A stretch of DNA of 64,000 nucleotides from Candidatus Cloacimonadales bacterium (GTDB lineage Bacteria > Cloacimonadota > Cloacimonadia > Cloacimonadales > JAIOQZ01), in the NCBI GenBank assembly GCA_963665815.1, contig OY762463.1:3328001-3392000 (forward strand). Direction: 5' to 3'. A model generated the notes under the pieces. It was not told the origin of the DNA. It was given only the letters and a program-made list of their open reading frames with translations, and ran no database searches. A program made the position numbers and the translations under genes. This document shows, piece by piece, positions 19,424-28,708 of this stretch (positions are counted from its first letter, which is position 1; each line of letters opens with the position of its first letter).

Positions 19424-19782
19424 TTTTTCTCCTTATAGTAATCGCATTTTGTTAGTTATTATGCAGTTACCTGCTTCTTGAAATTTCGACGTTAAATTCT
19501 CGTAGAGTTATTTTACCATTTTTTTCCATATATGATATTCTGAATAATGCTAATACATGTCAATTTTTTTTTATGATTATATGTATTTTTTTTTATTATG
19601 ATATATTTGCTAATATTTCTTTAATTTTGCGTTAATTATGTGTATGTTAACTCAAAGAAATACAAGATTTCAAATATTATATTGTCAAAATCTCGTTAAA
19701 AGATATTTTTTGTAATATAGGTTATCATTTTTCAGTTAAGATTAACAGTAACTGGATAACATAATGAAATGGTGGAGACTTT

Positions 19783-20667
19783 ATGTCAGATTCTCATTAT
19801 TACTTGTCAGGAAAAGAGTTTAATAAGATCAGAGAGTTTTTTTACAAGAGAACCGGAAGGAAACTAAAAGATAACGAGTTATATGCTGTTGAAAAAAAAC
19901 TTACAAGATTTATGGTGCAGTATGGATTAGAATCCTTTAATGACCTTTTTGTTAAAATGATTAATGATATTACAGGCACTTTAAGGAATATTATTGTCTC
20001 TGAATTGATTACTCCTGAAAGCGGTTGGTTCAGGGATACAGAATACTGGACTCTTATAGAAAAGAAGATAATTCCATCTTTTATTGAACAATTGAAATCA
20101 GGGAAAAAAGAGACCATTACTATCTGGTCTGCTGCAGCTGCAACAGGTGAAGAACCTTATTCCTTCTGTATGCTTTTGAACAGGATGCTGGAGAATGAAA
20201 AAAGAATCAGCAGTAGTCAGTTCCGTATTATAGCTTCAGATATTTCACCAAGTTCTTTGTATATTGCTATTTCCGGGAGATATGATCAAACTTGTATGCA
20301 AGATGGAGTAAGCGAAATTTACAGAAGAAAGTTCTTTTCAGGCTTTAAGACTGTTCATGAAGTCAATGAGCAAGTCAAGAATATGATTGATTTTGTGAAG
20401 CTTGATCTGAAAGAAGAGTATACAGACCTGCCAATATTTGATCTGGTTTTATGCCGTAATGTCAGTTCTTATTTTACTCTTGAGGAAATGAATGATATTT
20501 TTTACAGAATATATGATAACATGAATAGAGATGGTTATCTTATTATTGGGAGGGAAGAGGACCTTAATCTCTATACCGACTACTTTACTGCTAAAGATTA
20601 TAATGGTGTAAAATATTACAGACCAAAGAATTTCAGCAGTCCGAATGCAATAATTAATTCGGTTTAA
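19783..20667 (+). CDS. cheR: CheR-family protein-glutamate O-methyltransferase
   Basis: ITPESGWFRD, IWSAAAATGEEPYS, ASDIS and FDLVLCRNV. Confidence 0.9.
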   Translation: MSDSHYYLSGKEFNKIREFFYKRTGRKLKDNELYAVEKKLTRFMVQYGLESFNDLFVKMINDITGTLRNIIVSELITPESGWFRDTEYWTLIEKKIIPSFIEQLKSGKKETITIWSAAAATGEEPYSFCMLLNRMLENEKRISSSQFRIIASDISPSSLYIAISGRYDQTCMQDGVSEIYRRKFFSGFKTVHEVNEQVKNMIDFVKLDLKEEYTDLPIFDLVLCRNVSSYFTLEEMNDIFYRIYDNMNRDGYLIIGREEDLNLYTDYFTAKDYNGVKYYRPKNFSSPNAIINSV

Positions 20668-20677
20668 TGGGAGAAAA

Positions 20678-21532
20678 ATGTACAAGAGAAAAGTGATTGA
20701 TGTTTTGAACAGTGATCTTGAAGTTCCTACAATGCTGTCAATATCTCTACAGATAGATGCACTTTCCAGAGATACAAGATCTACAGTAGATGACATAAGC
20801 AAAGTTATCAGACTTGATCCTGCTCTTACAGGAAAAGTTTTGAGGGTTGCTAATTCCTCTATTTACGCCTCTGTTCAGAGAGTTGTCAGTTTGCAACAAG
20901 CTATAGCAAAACTGGGACTTAACGAAATCAGACGTATAACAATGTCTATTGCAATTATAAACAGTTTTAAAAATACTAACGTAGATTATGAAAGATTCTG
21001 GATCCATTCCATAACGGTAGCTTTTATTGCAGAAGCTATTGCTACAAAAACAAATAACCAGAGATATAGTGGAGAAGTATATATTTCAGGTCTGCTTCAT
21101 GATATTGGAGTGCTTGTTATGGATCAGTATCTGACAGATATTTACAATAAAGTATTCAATGTGGCAGTCAAAAACAAATACGATCTACAGATTGTTGAAG
21201 GCAAAATTCTAGGTATTACACATGCTGAGGTTGGTGGGATTCTTTTAAAAAAATGGAAGATTCCCGATAATGTTACTGATTGTGTATTATGTCACCATTA
21301 CCCACAGGAAGCAGAAGCAGAATCTTCAACCATTACTAAAATTGTTTATCTTGCGAATGTTATTGCAAACAATCGAGGAATTCATAATGGTACCGGTTTT
21401 TTCCCCCAGGGCTTTTATGATGATATATGGGAAGATATTGGGTTGCCGATCGATCAGGTTTCTGAGTTGATCAAGGCTATTGCTGAAGATTTGTTTAATG
21501 CAAATGAGTTGTTAAGATTATCAACGGGTTAG
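20678..21532 (+). CDS. HDOD-domain signalling protein
   Basis: DPALTGKVLRVANS, FWIHS, GLLHDIG, HAEVG and W.IP..V..HH. Confidence 0.9.
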   Translation: MYKRKVIDVLNSDLEVPTMLSISLQIDALSRDTRSTVDDISKVIRLDPALTGKVLRVANSSIYASVQRVVSLQQAIAKLGLNEIRRITMSIAIINSFKNTNVDYERFWIHSITVAFIAEAIATKTNNQRYSGEVYISGLLHDIGVLVMDQYLTDIYNKVFNVAVKNKYDLQIVEGKILGITHAEVGGILLKKWKIPDNVTDCVLCHHYPQEAEAESSTITKIVYLANVIANNRGIHNGTGFFPQGFYDDIWEDIGLPIDQVSELIKAIAEDLFNANELLRLSTG

Positions 21533-21535
21533 GAT

Positions 21536-22369
21536 ATGTTTTATAAAAGAGTTTTATCATTTATTGTTTTTACAGTGTTGATGACTGCAATTCTGTTTTC
21601 CAGTGGAAATAGGGACTATACTGAGAAATTAGATGAGTTAAGAAAAAAAGTTGTCGATAAAGGTGTGCCTGAAGAGTGGTTTAACAAGAATCTTGAGCAT
21701 GAAAAGTTTAAACTTCATACGAATATTTCGAAATATTTCAACAATCTTGCGGAGCATAAAGTAAGTCGAAATGAAAAGGACATTAACTGGTACTATCGTA
21801 TGTTTGGAGTTGATGCCAAGATAAAAAAAGCTGAAAAATTTATCAGGAAACATAAAGAGGCATTATTAGCTGCAGAGAAAAAGAATGGAATTCACTATGA
21901 AATGATGGTTGCAATAATTGGTATGGAAACAAACTATGCTGAGAACAGGCAAAGGGGAAATTTCTATGTATTCAATTCCCTTGTTTCTCAATATCTTTTC
22001 ACTGACAGAAAAAGATTTTCTGTAAATGAATTAGCTGCACTTTATGACTTCTCTAAAAAATCAGAAAAATCTACATACTACTATATTGGTTCATTTGCCG
22101 GGGCTTGCGGATGGGGACAATTCATCCCGACATCCCTTAAGGCATATTTCATTGATTCTCATGATCAGGATTCTGATATTGATGTCTTCTCGGTTGATGA
22201 CACAATTTTCAGTATCGAAAATTATCTTCATAATCATGGACTGAACTCAAAAACAATCAGTAATAAAGATAAACGCTATTATGCTGCTCATGCATATAAT
22301 CACAGCGATGCTTATGTAAAAGCAACTCTTAAGATATACGATGCTTTGAGAACAGAAAGAAAACAATAA
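21536..22369 (+). CDS. MltB-like (SLT_2) lytic murein transglycosylase
   Basis: AIIGMETNY, GSFAGACGWGQFIPTS, SIENYL and AYNHSDAYV. Confidence 0.88.
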   Translation: MFYKRVLSFIVFTVLMTAILFSSGNRDYTEKLDELRKKVVDKGVPEEWFNKNLEHEKFKLHTNISKYFNNLAEHKVSRNEKDINWYYRMFGVDAKIKKAEKFIRKHKEALLAAEKKNGIHYEMMVAIIGMETNYAENRQRGNFYVFNSLVSQYLFTDRKRFSVNELAALYDFSKKSEKSTYYYIGSFAGACGWGQFIPTSLKAYFIDSHDQDSDIDVFSVDDTIFSIENYLHNHGLNSKTISNKDKRYYAAHAYNHSDAYVKATLKIYDALRTERKQ

Positions 22370-22437
22370 TGCCGGTATGTTCAGGCTGTTGAATGTATCA
22401 ACTACCTGAAACTCATACCTGTGCAAGATTAATTTTC

Positions 22438-22884
22438 TTATACTGCTTTTGCAATATCTTTGTTTTTGAGAAGTCTGTATTTCAATTCGTATTCAGAATC
22501 ATCCAGTACAAGCTGTTTTCCCTTATTGTTTTCAGTGTTTATCAGAAGTGGACCTTTGAGGTTTGCTGTCATTTTTGACGGATCTCTTGGTACTGTGACA
22601 ATTACAAGCTGAATAACATTTTCAGGATCATTGACTTCAATTTCTTCAAGATCTGTTCTGAAAATTCTAATTTCATAATCCGGTTTGAACAGGAGCGGAT
22701 CAGTCACTACAAATGCCAGTTCCGGTACATTAATACTCTGCAGCCACTTCAGTGGTGAATTCTCACTGGGATCGATCAGAATGAAATCATGAACATCTTT
22801 GAAACCCAACAATCCATTTGGGAATGTGAGAACGTTCTTAGGATTTACTTCCAGCTCCCCAAATCTGTTTGTGTTGATTCTCAT
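22438..22884 (-). CDS. fliW: flagellar assembly factor / CsrA antagonist FliW
   Basis: TNRFG, FPNGLLGF, WLQS, LAFVVTDP and TANLKGPLLIN. Confidence 0.95.
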   Translation of the reverse strand: MRINTNRFGELEVNPKNVLTFPNGLLGFKDVHDFILIDPSENSPLKWLQSINVPELAFVVTDPLLFKPDYEIRIFRTDLEEIEVNDPENVIQLVIVTVPRDPSKMTANLKGPLLINTENNKGKQLVLDDSEYELKYRLLKNKDIAKAV

Positions 22885-22902
22885 AATATCCTCTCTTTAT
22901 TA

Positions 22903-24081
22903 TTAAATATAATTCATTAAACTGACAGGAAATACTTTCCCAAGCATCTGAGTTGAAGCCTGTAAAGCATATTCCTGTTTTGCAAGCAATGAAATTGCTT
23001 CGTAAAGGTCAGGTTGTTCTATATCAGAAATACTGCTCTGCAGGTTTTCTGACATTACTGTAAGATTATTTTGAACAGATTCGACTTGATTCAATCTTTG
23101 TCCTGCTTTAGTAGTATATGCTTCCATATCTGTCTGCAGGGTTTTTAATTCTTCGAGCTTTTCTGATACTTCAGGCATATTGTTGTTTTCCAGTGCATTT
23201 TTCAGTTCATGCAGAACATCGAAATAGCCTGTGTCTTCCAGAAGTTCTTGTCCTGTTACATTTATCTGTATTTTTGTATTTTTATTTGCATTGAATTCTA
23301 TAATTCCGGAATCTCCCTGGTAAAGTCCTGATTCCATTTCAATTGTGAATTCATCACCGATTTCAAAGTTTCCTGCTGTGAATTCCATTCTGATGTATGA
23401 GTCTTCACCATTAATATCATCGTAGATATTGTTTGATGCCTGAACGGTCTGTACAGAACCCCAGGTGTCTCCTCCATCTTCGGATACCTGATATTCTGCT
23501 GTTCCTATTCCGCCGGCTGTGACAATTCTTACAAGGTATTCACCTTCTGCTTTCTGACCTTCAGGATAAGCATTGTATACAGTTGCTTCACCATCATAAG
23601 TATTTTCCAGAGGAGAATAAGGACCAACAGGTCGACCTGCATCGGTATAAGCCGGCTCATTTGTATTATATCCTGCAAAAATATAGTCCCCTCGGACAGT
23701 AGTATTTGCTGTCTGCAGAGATTGGTTGATAAGTTCTTCTACTTCCTGAGCCAGAATTCCTCTTGTAGATTCTGTTGTTGAGCCGGTAGCTCCCTGTTCA
23801 GCAATCTCTCGTGCTCTACTCAGAACATCATTGAATTCCTGCATTGCATTATCGACAGCAAGCAGATATTCCTGTGCTTCTTTCATGTTCTCAAGATACT
23901 GCTCATATGATGCAAGTTCAGCTCTGTAGCGTGTTGTGTTACTCATACCGGTCGGATCATCCGAAGGTTTGTGCAGTTTCTTTTCAGAACTTATATTCTG
24001 AAGAGTCTGCTGGTATTCAGCACGTTTTATTGCCGACTCTCCAAAGAGAGTATTAAAGGACATGTTAGTTGTTATTCTCAC
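22903..24081 (-). CDS. flgL: flagellar hook-associated protein 3
   Basis: MRITTN, KPSDDP, YIFAG and flagellin-like termini ending SLMNYI. Confidence 0.92.
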   Translation of the reverse strand: MRITTNMSFNTLFGESAIKRAEYQQTLQNISSEKKLHKPSDDPTGMSNTTRYRAELASYEQYLENMKEAQEYLLAVDNAMQEFNDVLSRAREIAEQGATGSTTESTRGILAQEVEELINQSLQTANTTVRGDYIFAGYNTNEPAYTDAGRPVGPYSPLENTYDGEATVYNAYPEGQKAEGEYLVRIVTAGGIGTAEYQVSEDGGDTWGSVQTVQASNNIYDDINGEDSYIRMEFTAGNFEIGDEFTIEMESGLYQGDSGIIEFNANKNTKIQINVTGQELLEDTGYFDVLHELKNALENNNMPEVSEKLEELKTLQTDMEAYTTKAGQRLNQVESVQNNLTVMSENLQSSISDIEQPDLYEAISLLAKQEYALQASTQMLGKVFPVSLMNYI

Positions 24082-24328
24082 TTTTTCCTCCGATGTTATT
24101 CGTCAGAATAGTATTAAGCTTATGTAGTATTGAATCATCAATGACTGATTTTGAAGCCTTTTTATTTTCTTTAAGTATCTTTTCATAAATTTCTTTACGA
24201 TAGATTGACATTTTTTTAGGAGCATTAATGCCTATTCTGGCTGCACCTTTTGTAAGTTCTGCCAGAACTATTTCAATATCATCTCCAATTACAATAGATT
24301 CACCGATTTTTCTTGTAAGTATCAGCAT
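24065..24328 (-). CDS. csrA: carbon storage regulator CsrA
   Basis: MLILTRKIGESIVIGDDIEI...RIGINAPK..IYRKEI with the FliW-type C-terminal helix (N in 'KENK'). Confidence 0.95.
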   Translation of the reverse strand: MLILTRKIGESIVIGDDIEIVLAELTKGAARIGINAPKKMSIYRKEIYEKILKENKKASKSVIDDSILHKLNTILTNNIGGKSENNN

Positions 24329-24333
24329 TTTTA

Positions 24334-24362
24334 CCTTCCTTGGTATTATTTAACCTTCCATG
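24334..24362 (-). promoter_or_regulatory. two tandem CsrA-type binding sites in the csrA translation-initiation region
   Basis: Minus strand CATGGAAGG and CAAGGAAGG (CANGGA consensus) 20 nt apart; the second is the Shine-Dalgarno. Confidence 0.55.
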
Positions 24363-24363
24363 G

Positions 24364-25740
24364 TTAGACCATTGCGATTATTGTTTGTAATAACTCATCA
24401 GCTACGCTGACTATTTTGGCAGCTGCCTGATATGTTTTTTGAAATTTTATAAGATTGGCAGATTCCTCATCCATGGAAACGCCCTTGACGCTTTCCCGGA
24501 AGTTATCTGTTTGCTCAAGTGTTGCAGACGACAGATCTTTTCTGTTCTGAGCATCAAGACTATCTCTACCTATTTTACCGAATGTTGAAGCGAGATAGGA
24601 ATTAAAGGATTGTTCTCCATTCATAGAAAGACTTTCTCTTAAGTCAACCATTGCCAGAGCTGTTCTGTTATCTCCCTGTTCTCCTTCCTGAGATGCGGAA
24701 ATTCGTTCAGGATGATCTATTATTCCACTATGAAGATTAAACTCTTCAGCCGAAGTTATTCCCGTTGAGAAAAAATATCTACTGTCAACTGGAGGGTCGG
24801 ATAGATCATAACCGTAGTAGTGTACCAGATTTACAGAGTTTGAAAGGTTTACAGCGAGATTATCAATTCTGTTCTGATAATCAACGAGATATTCGTCTCT
24901 CATTTTCATTAAACCTTGAATTTCGCCATTATGAAGAGCACTTATCTGCTCTCTTGTATCTTTCCATATGATATTTGTAAAATCTTGTCCATCCTGCTCA
25001 TATTCCTGAACGACAAGTTCTCGAAAGTGATCATGTTTTACAATTTCGTCCGATCCCAGATAGACCACCATTGTGCTATCTGATCTTGTTGTAACTGTCA
25101 CATCTCCATATTGAGATAACTCATCGATCAGCAGGTCAAATTTGTCTCTTAAGTCATTTGCAGGACGGCCTTCCTGTTCTGTTGTATAAATTTGCTTGTT
25201 TAGTCTCGCAAGCTGTTCGGAAATAGCATTAATTTTGTCAGGGATTTGAGCCAGATCATCGTTTACTGTTTTCCTCATATCCTTTACCGCAGTATCGAAA
25301 TCATGGATTTTTGTAACTAACATCTCAGCTGTATTAAGAAGTTCCTGTCTGTATGTAATATCATCCGGATTATCTGCTATAGCATCCCAGGCATTCCAGA
25401 ATTCATCAAGTGTTTCTGACAAACCATTGTCGTCAGTTTCATTAAGACTTGTCTCGAACTCTTCCAGCCTTGTGGAAAGCTTGTTCCATGAACCATGCTG
25501 AGAGCTTTCTTCTCTGTATTTTTCATCCAGATGAATGTCCCTCATTCTTTCAATTCTTACTAAATCTGCACCGGTTCCATAATAGCCCAGAGCATCCTGA
25601 ATTGGAGCAGAGCTTTCCTGAATTACTCTCTGACGACTGTACCCGTCTGTATCCATATTAGCTATGTTCTGACTGGTTGCGTTCAGATGTTGTTGATTCA
25701 GTAGTATGGATTTCATACCTATGTGCAGCATGTTAAGCAT
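24364..25740 (-). CDS. flgK: flagellar hook-associated protein 1
   Basis: SQNIANMDTDGYSRQRV, NDLRD and GVSMDEESANLIKFQKTYQAAAK. Confidence 0.95.
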   Translation of the reverse strand: MLNMLHIGMKSILLNQQHLNATSQNIANMDTDGYSRQRVIQESSAPIQDALGYYGTGADLVRIERMRDIHLDEKYREESSQHGSWNKLSTRLEEFETSLNETDDNGLSETLDEFWNAWDAIADNPDDITYRQELLNTAEMLVTKIHDFDTAVKDMRKTVNDDLAQIPDKINAISEQLARLNKQIYTTEQEGRPANDLRDKFDLLIDELSQYGDVTVTTRSDSTMVVYLGSDEIVKHDHFRELVVQEYEQDGQDFTNIIWKDTREQISALHNGEIQGLMKMRDEYLVDYQNRIDNLAVNLSNSVNLVHYYGYDLSDPPVDSRYFFSTGITSAEEFNLHSGIIDHPERISASQEGEQGDNRTALAMVDLRESLSMNGEQSFNSYLASTFGKIGRDSLDAQNRKDLSSATLEQTDNFRESVKGVSMDEESANLIKFQKTYQAAAKIVSVADELLQTIIAMV

Positions 25741-25742
25741 TA

Positions 25743-26243
25743 TCAGATCCTCTTGTTAAGAATTATTGAACTGCGATTCTGATTGATCATTCCAACGCGG
25801 CTGTAAACTCTGTCTCTATCTATGATATCAGCAATCATTTCTAGATTGTCACCTACAAGCTCAAGTCCTGTTCTGATCAATTCTTTGTTTTCTGATGAAA
25901 GTTTATCAATAGTCTTGAGAGTATTGGCGAAAACTTTGTAAAATACTTTTGCTTTTTCAATTTCTGATGATTCTTCAAACAATTCATCAAGATTGTTCAG
26001 GGAAATCTTTTCTGTGCTCATTCCCTTGAGTACAATCAGAGATTCCATAAGATCATGACGGCTGTTTGTGGATTTGTGTGCTTTGCTGATTTGTATGGCG
26101 GCTTGCTGACTGACATCCTGAAACTGCTTGATATCCCATTTCATCAGAGCGTATTTCTGCTCGGACAGGATAAGTGCAACTTCCTGATAGGATGCTATTT
26201 CGTCTTCCCATACTTCGAAAAAATCATTTGTAAGGGCATCCAT
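25743..26243 (-). CDS. flgN: FlgN-family flagellar export chaperone
   Basis: Helical 166-aa protein directly upstream of flgK, with 'N..LI..L' near the C-terminus. Start set at ATG 26243 after the flgJ stop. Confidence 0.65.
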   Translation of the reverse strand: MDALTNDFFEVWEDEIASYQEVALILSEQKYALMKWDIKQFQDVSQQAAIQISKAHKSTNSRHDLMESLIVLKGMSTEKISLNNLDELFEESSEIEKAKVFYKVFANTLKTIDKLSSENKELIRTGLELVGDNLEMIADIIDRDRVYSRVGMINQNRSSIILNKRI

Positions 26244-26244
26244 G

Positions 26245-27105
26245 CTATTCTCCTTTAATTTGACCTTTATTGTAATAGTCCATGACTCTGCGGACGTAAT
26301 TTTTTGTTTCTTTATATGGTGGTATTCCATTATATTTCTTCACTGCTCCCGGACCGGCATTATAAGCTGCCAGAGCAAGTTCATTATCCTCGAATTTATC
26401 CAGCATCTTTCTGAGGTACTTTGTTCCTCCGTCTATATTCTGGGCAGGATCGAAAGAATTCTTCACTCCCATATCCTTTGCTGTTCCATCCATGAGCTGC
26501 ATGAGTCCTTTAGCTCCTACAGGTGATTCAGCAGCAGGGTTTCCGTAGCTTTCCTGTGATATAACTGCAATGATAAGTTCTTTATCTACATTGTACTTTT
26601 CAGAAGCTTTTTCAATGTGAGGCATAAATTGTGATATTCTTTTCTTCAGGATTTTTCCAAGTTTTGCCAGACCTCCAAACATATTGCTGTTATCAGTAGT
26701 TTCAATTTCGGAACTTGTTACGGCAGGTTGTCTGGTTTGATAATCAGATGATTCAAGACTGCGGATAACCTCGTTAATATCAGTTCCTTTTCTTGATTCA
26801 ATCTGCTGTATTATCTGTCTGGAAAGACCGATCTCGTTGTTCTTCGCGATCATCAATGCAATCTCGTCAAACAGCATATCCTGATAAAAGTCGCTTCCTG
26901 CCTGATCTCCAAAAAGGCTTTTACCTTCGAGAGATTCTACCATACTGTCCAGCATCTGTTTTACGAACAGAGCTTCGAATTTCTGGCTTGCATCAACTGC
27001 ATCTTCGTCATTTTTGATGCCATTTTTTAACTTATCGATATTCATCAAAGCTGTTTTCTGGCTCTGCTGAAGATTGATATAGTTATCTGGAAGCTGAATC
27101 ATCAT
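26245..27105 (-). CDS. flgJ: FlgJ-like rod-binding domain fused to an SLT (GH23) lytic transglycosylase
   Basis: N-terminal '[14 protein letters not shown]...[12 protein letters not shown]'; C-terminal [19 protein letters not shown] and PPYKET..YV. Confidence 0.85.
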   Translation of the reverse strand: MMIQLPDNYINLQQSQKTALMNIDKLKNGIKNDEDAVDASQKFEALFVKQMLDSMVESLEGKSLFGDQAGSDFYQDMLFDEIALMIAKNNEIGLSRQIIQQIESRKGTDINEVIRSLESSDYQTRQPAVTSSEIETTDNSNMFGGLAKLGKILKKRISQFMPHIEKASEKYNVDKELIIAVISQESYGNPAAESPVGAKGLMQLMDGTAKDMGVKNSFDPAQNIDGGTKYLRKMLDKFEDNELALAAYNAGPGAVKKYNGIPPYKETKNYVRRVMDYYNKGQIKGE

Positions 27106-27111
27106 AACCTC

Positions 27112-28194
27112 TTACATTATCACTAACTCGGCGTGTAATGCGCCGGCTTCTTTGATTGACTGGAATATGGAGATCATATCTCTTGGTGTTACTTTGATAG
27201 TATTCAGAGCTTTAGCCAGTTCCTGTACGGAAGATGATTCGATAACCATCATTCTGGACTGCTCTACATTTACTGAAGTTTCAGATGTTGAAGTTGAAGT
27301 GAAGACGACAGGAGCTATTATTGCAGTTTCATCAAGCTCAGATATTTTGATTGTCAGGTTACCATGCGATATTGCGATCTTAGAAATCTGTACATTACCA
27401 CCGGCAACGATTGTTCCGGTTCTTTCGTTGATAACAACTCTTGATTTCTGCTGTGGAATAATCTCAAGATTCTCAATTGTTGATACAAAACCTACGAGGT
27501 TCTTTCTTACAAGAACTGAGTCCGGAACAAGTACCTGAATTGACATTCCATCTTCTGCTGCTGCAAGTTTTGATTCAAAGTATGTATTTATTGCGACAGC
27601 AACACGTTCTGCAGTTGTGAAATCAGCCTTCTTAAGATTGAGAAGCAGTTCACCATTATAAAGAATCTGGCTGAAAACCTCTTTCTTAACTGTAGCACCG
27701 TTTGGAACTCTACCTACATTAGTATAGTTTCTTCTTACTCTGGCATTTTTGCCTTCAGCGTTGAAGCCACCAATGGAAACAGGACCTTGTGCAATTGCAT
27801 ACTGCTGCTGGTCATTCCCCATAAGCGGTGTCATGAGAAGAACTCCGCCTTCCAGACTTTTAGCATCTCCTATGGATGAAACAACAACATCAAAACTGCT
27901 GCCAAGTTTACTGAACGGCGGCATTACTGATGTTACCATAACAGCTGCGACATTATTCGGTCTGATTTTATTCATCGGAACACTTACACCGAAACGTTCC
28001 ATCATATTTTTTATAGATTGAATTGTCATTTGAGAACTGCTGCCGTCACCGGTACCATCAAGGCCGATAACCAGACCGTATCCGATTAAGTCTTGTGATT
28101 CAAGTCCGCTGAAGTAAGACAGATCTTTTAATTGTACCTGAGCATTCAGGGTAACAAAAGCTAACATTAATATAATGACAATTTGTAGTTTCAT
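27112..28194 (-). CDS. flgI: flagellar P-ring protein
   Basis: LIGYGLVIGLDGTGD, NVAAVMVT, SSIGDAKSLEGG, VINERTGTIV and AGALHAEL. Start at ATG 28194. Confidence 0.96.
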   Translation of the reverse strand: MKLQIVIILMLAFVTLNAQVQLKDLSYFSGLESQDLIGYGLVIGLDGTGDGSSSQMTIQSIKNMMERFGVSVPMNKIRPNNVAAVMVTSVMPPFSKLGSSFDVVVSSIGDAKSLEGGVLLMTPLMGNDQQQYAIAQGPVSIGGFNAEGKNARVRRNYTNVGRVPNGATVKKEVFSQILYNGELLLNLKKADFTTAERVAVAINTYFESKLAAAEDGMSIQVLVPDSVLVRKNLVGFVSTIENLEIIPQQKSRVVINERTGTIVAGGNVQISKIAISHGNLTIKISELDETAIIAPVVFTSTSTSETSVNVEQSRMMVIESSSVQELAKALNTIKVTPRDMISIFQSIKEAGALHAELVIM

Positions 28195-28314
28195 AATTTC
28201 CTCTTTAAAGTAAAAAATTAGGGGAATTGCTTCCCCTAAATACCGAACCAGATGGGTTGTTCCCATTCTTTTTTTTTCTCTCATAATAAACAAACACTCT
28301 ATGCCACCTTAATA

Positions 28315-28331
28315 TGCAATGCCGATGCCAA
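28315..28331 (-). promoter_or_regulatory. sigma54 (-24/-12) promoter of the flgI operon
   Basis: Minus strand TTGGCATCGGCATTGCA gives GG-N10-GC with TGGCA and TTGC, ~120 nt upstream of flgI. Confidence 0.75.
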
Positions 28332-28708
28332 TTAATCTTTAAAACAGGTAAATACATATATAATAATTGATTAACTTTTACTACCAGTGTTGATGAAGAA
28401 GGATTTCAGGGCTGTTTGGAAAAAATTTCTTGTACCAGATAAGAAAAAAAAACTTATGATCCTGATATAAAGTGAAAAGATGCTGATTTAAATGAAATGT
28501 ATTTGATTTTAACTCCTTTTCCAGACTTCGTAGAGTCTAATGGTTTTTGTAACTCTAACTTTATTAGTAGGATAAGTTGATTGAGTCCCGAAAAATCGGG
28601 AAAATCTGCGACATGAATTACGATAAATTTTAGATATTTTGCATTTTCACTAACAGAGACCGAGTCGAAGGGAATTAACTATAAATAAATTAAATGAAAA
28701 GAGGAATA

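Noticed and set aside
28321-28328. sigma28 -10 box (GCCGAT) on the plus strand
   Set aside because: Wrong orientation for flgI, and it is the complement of the better-fitting sigma54 site.
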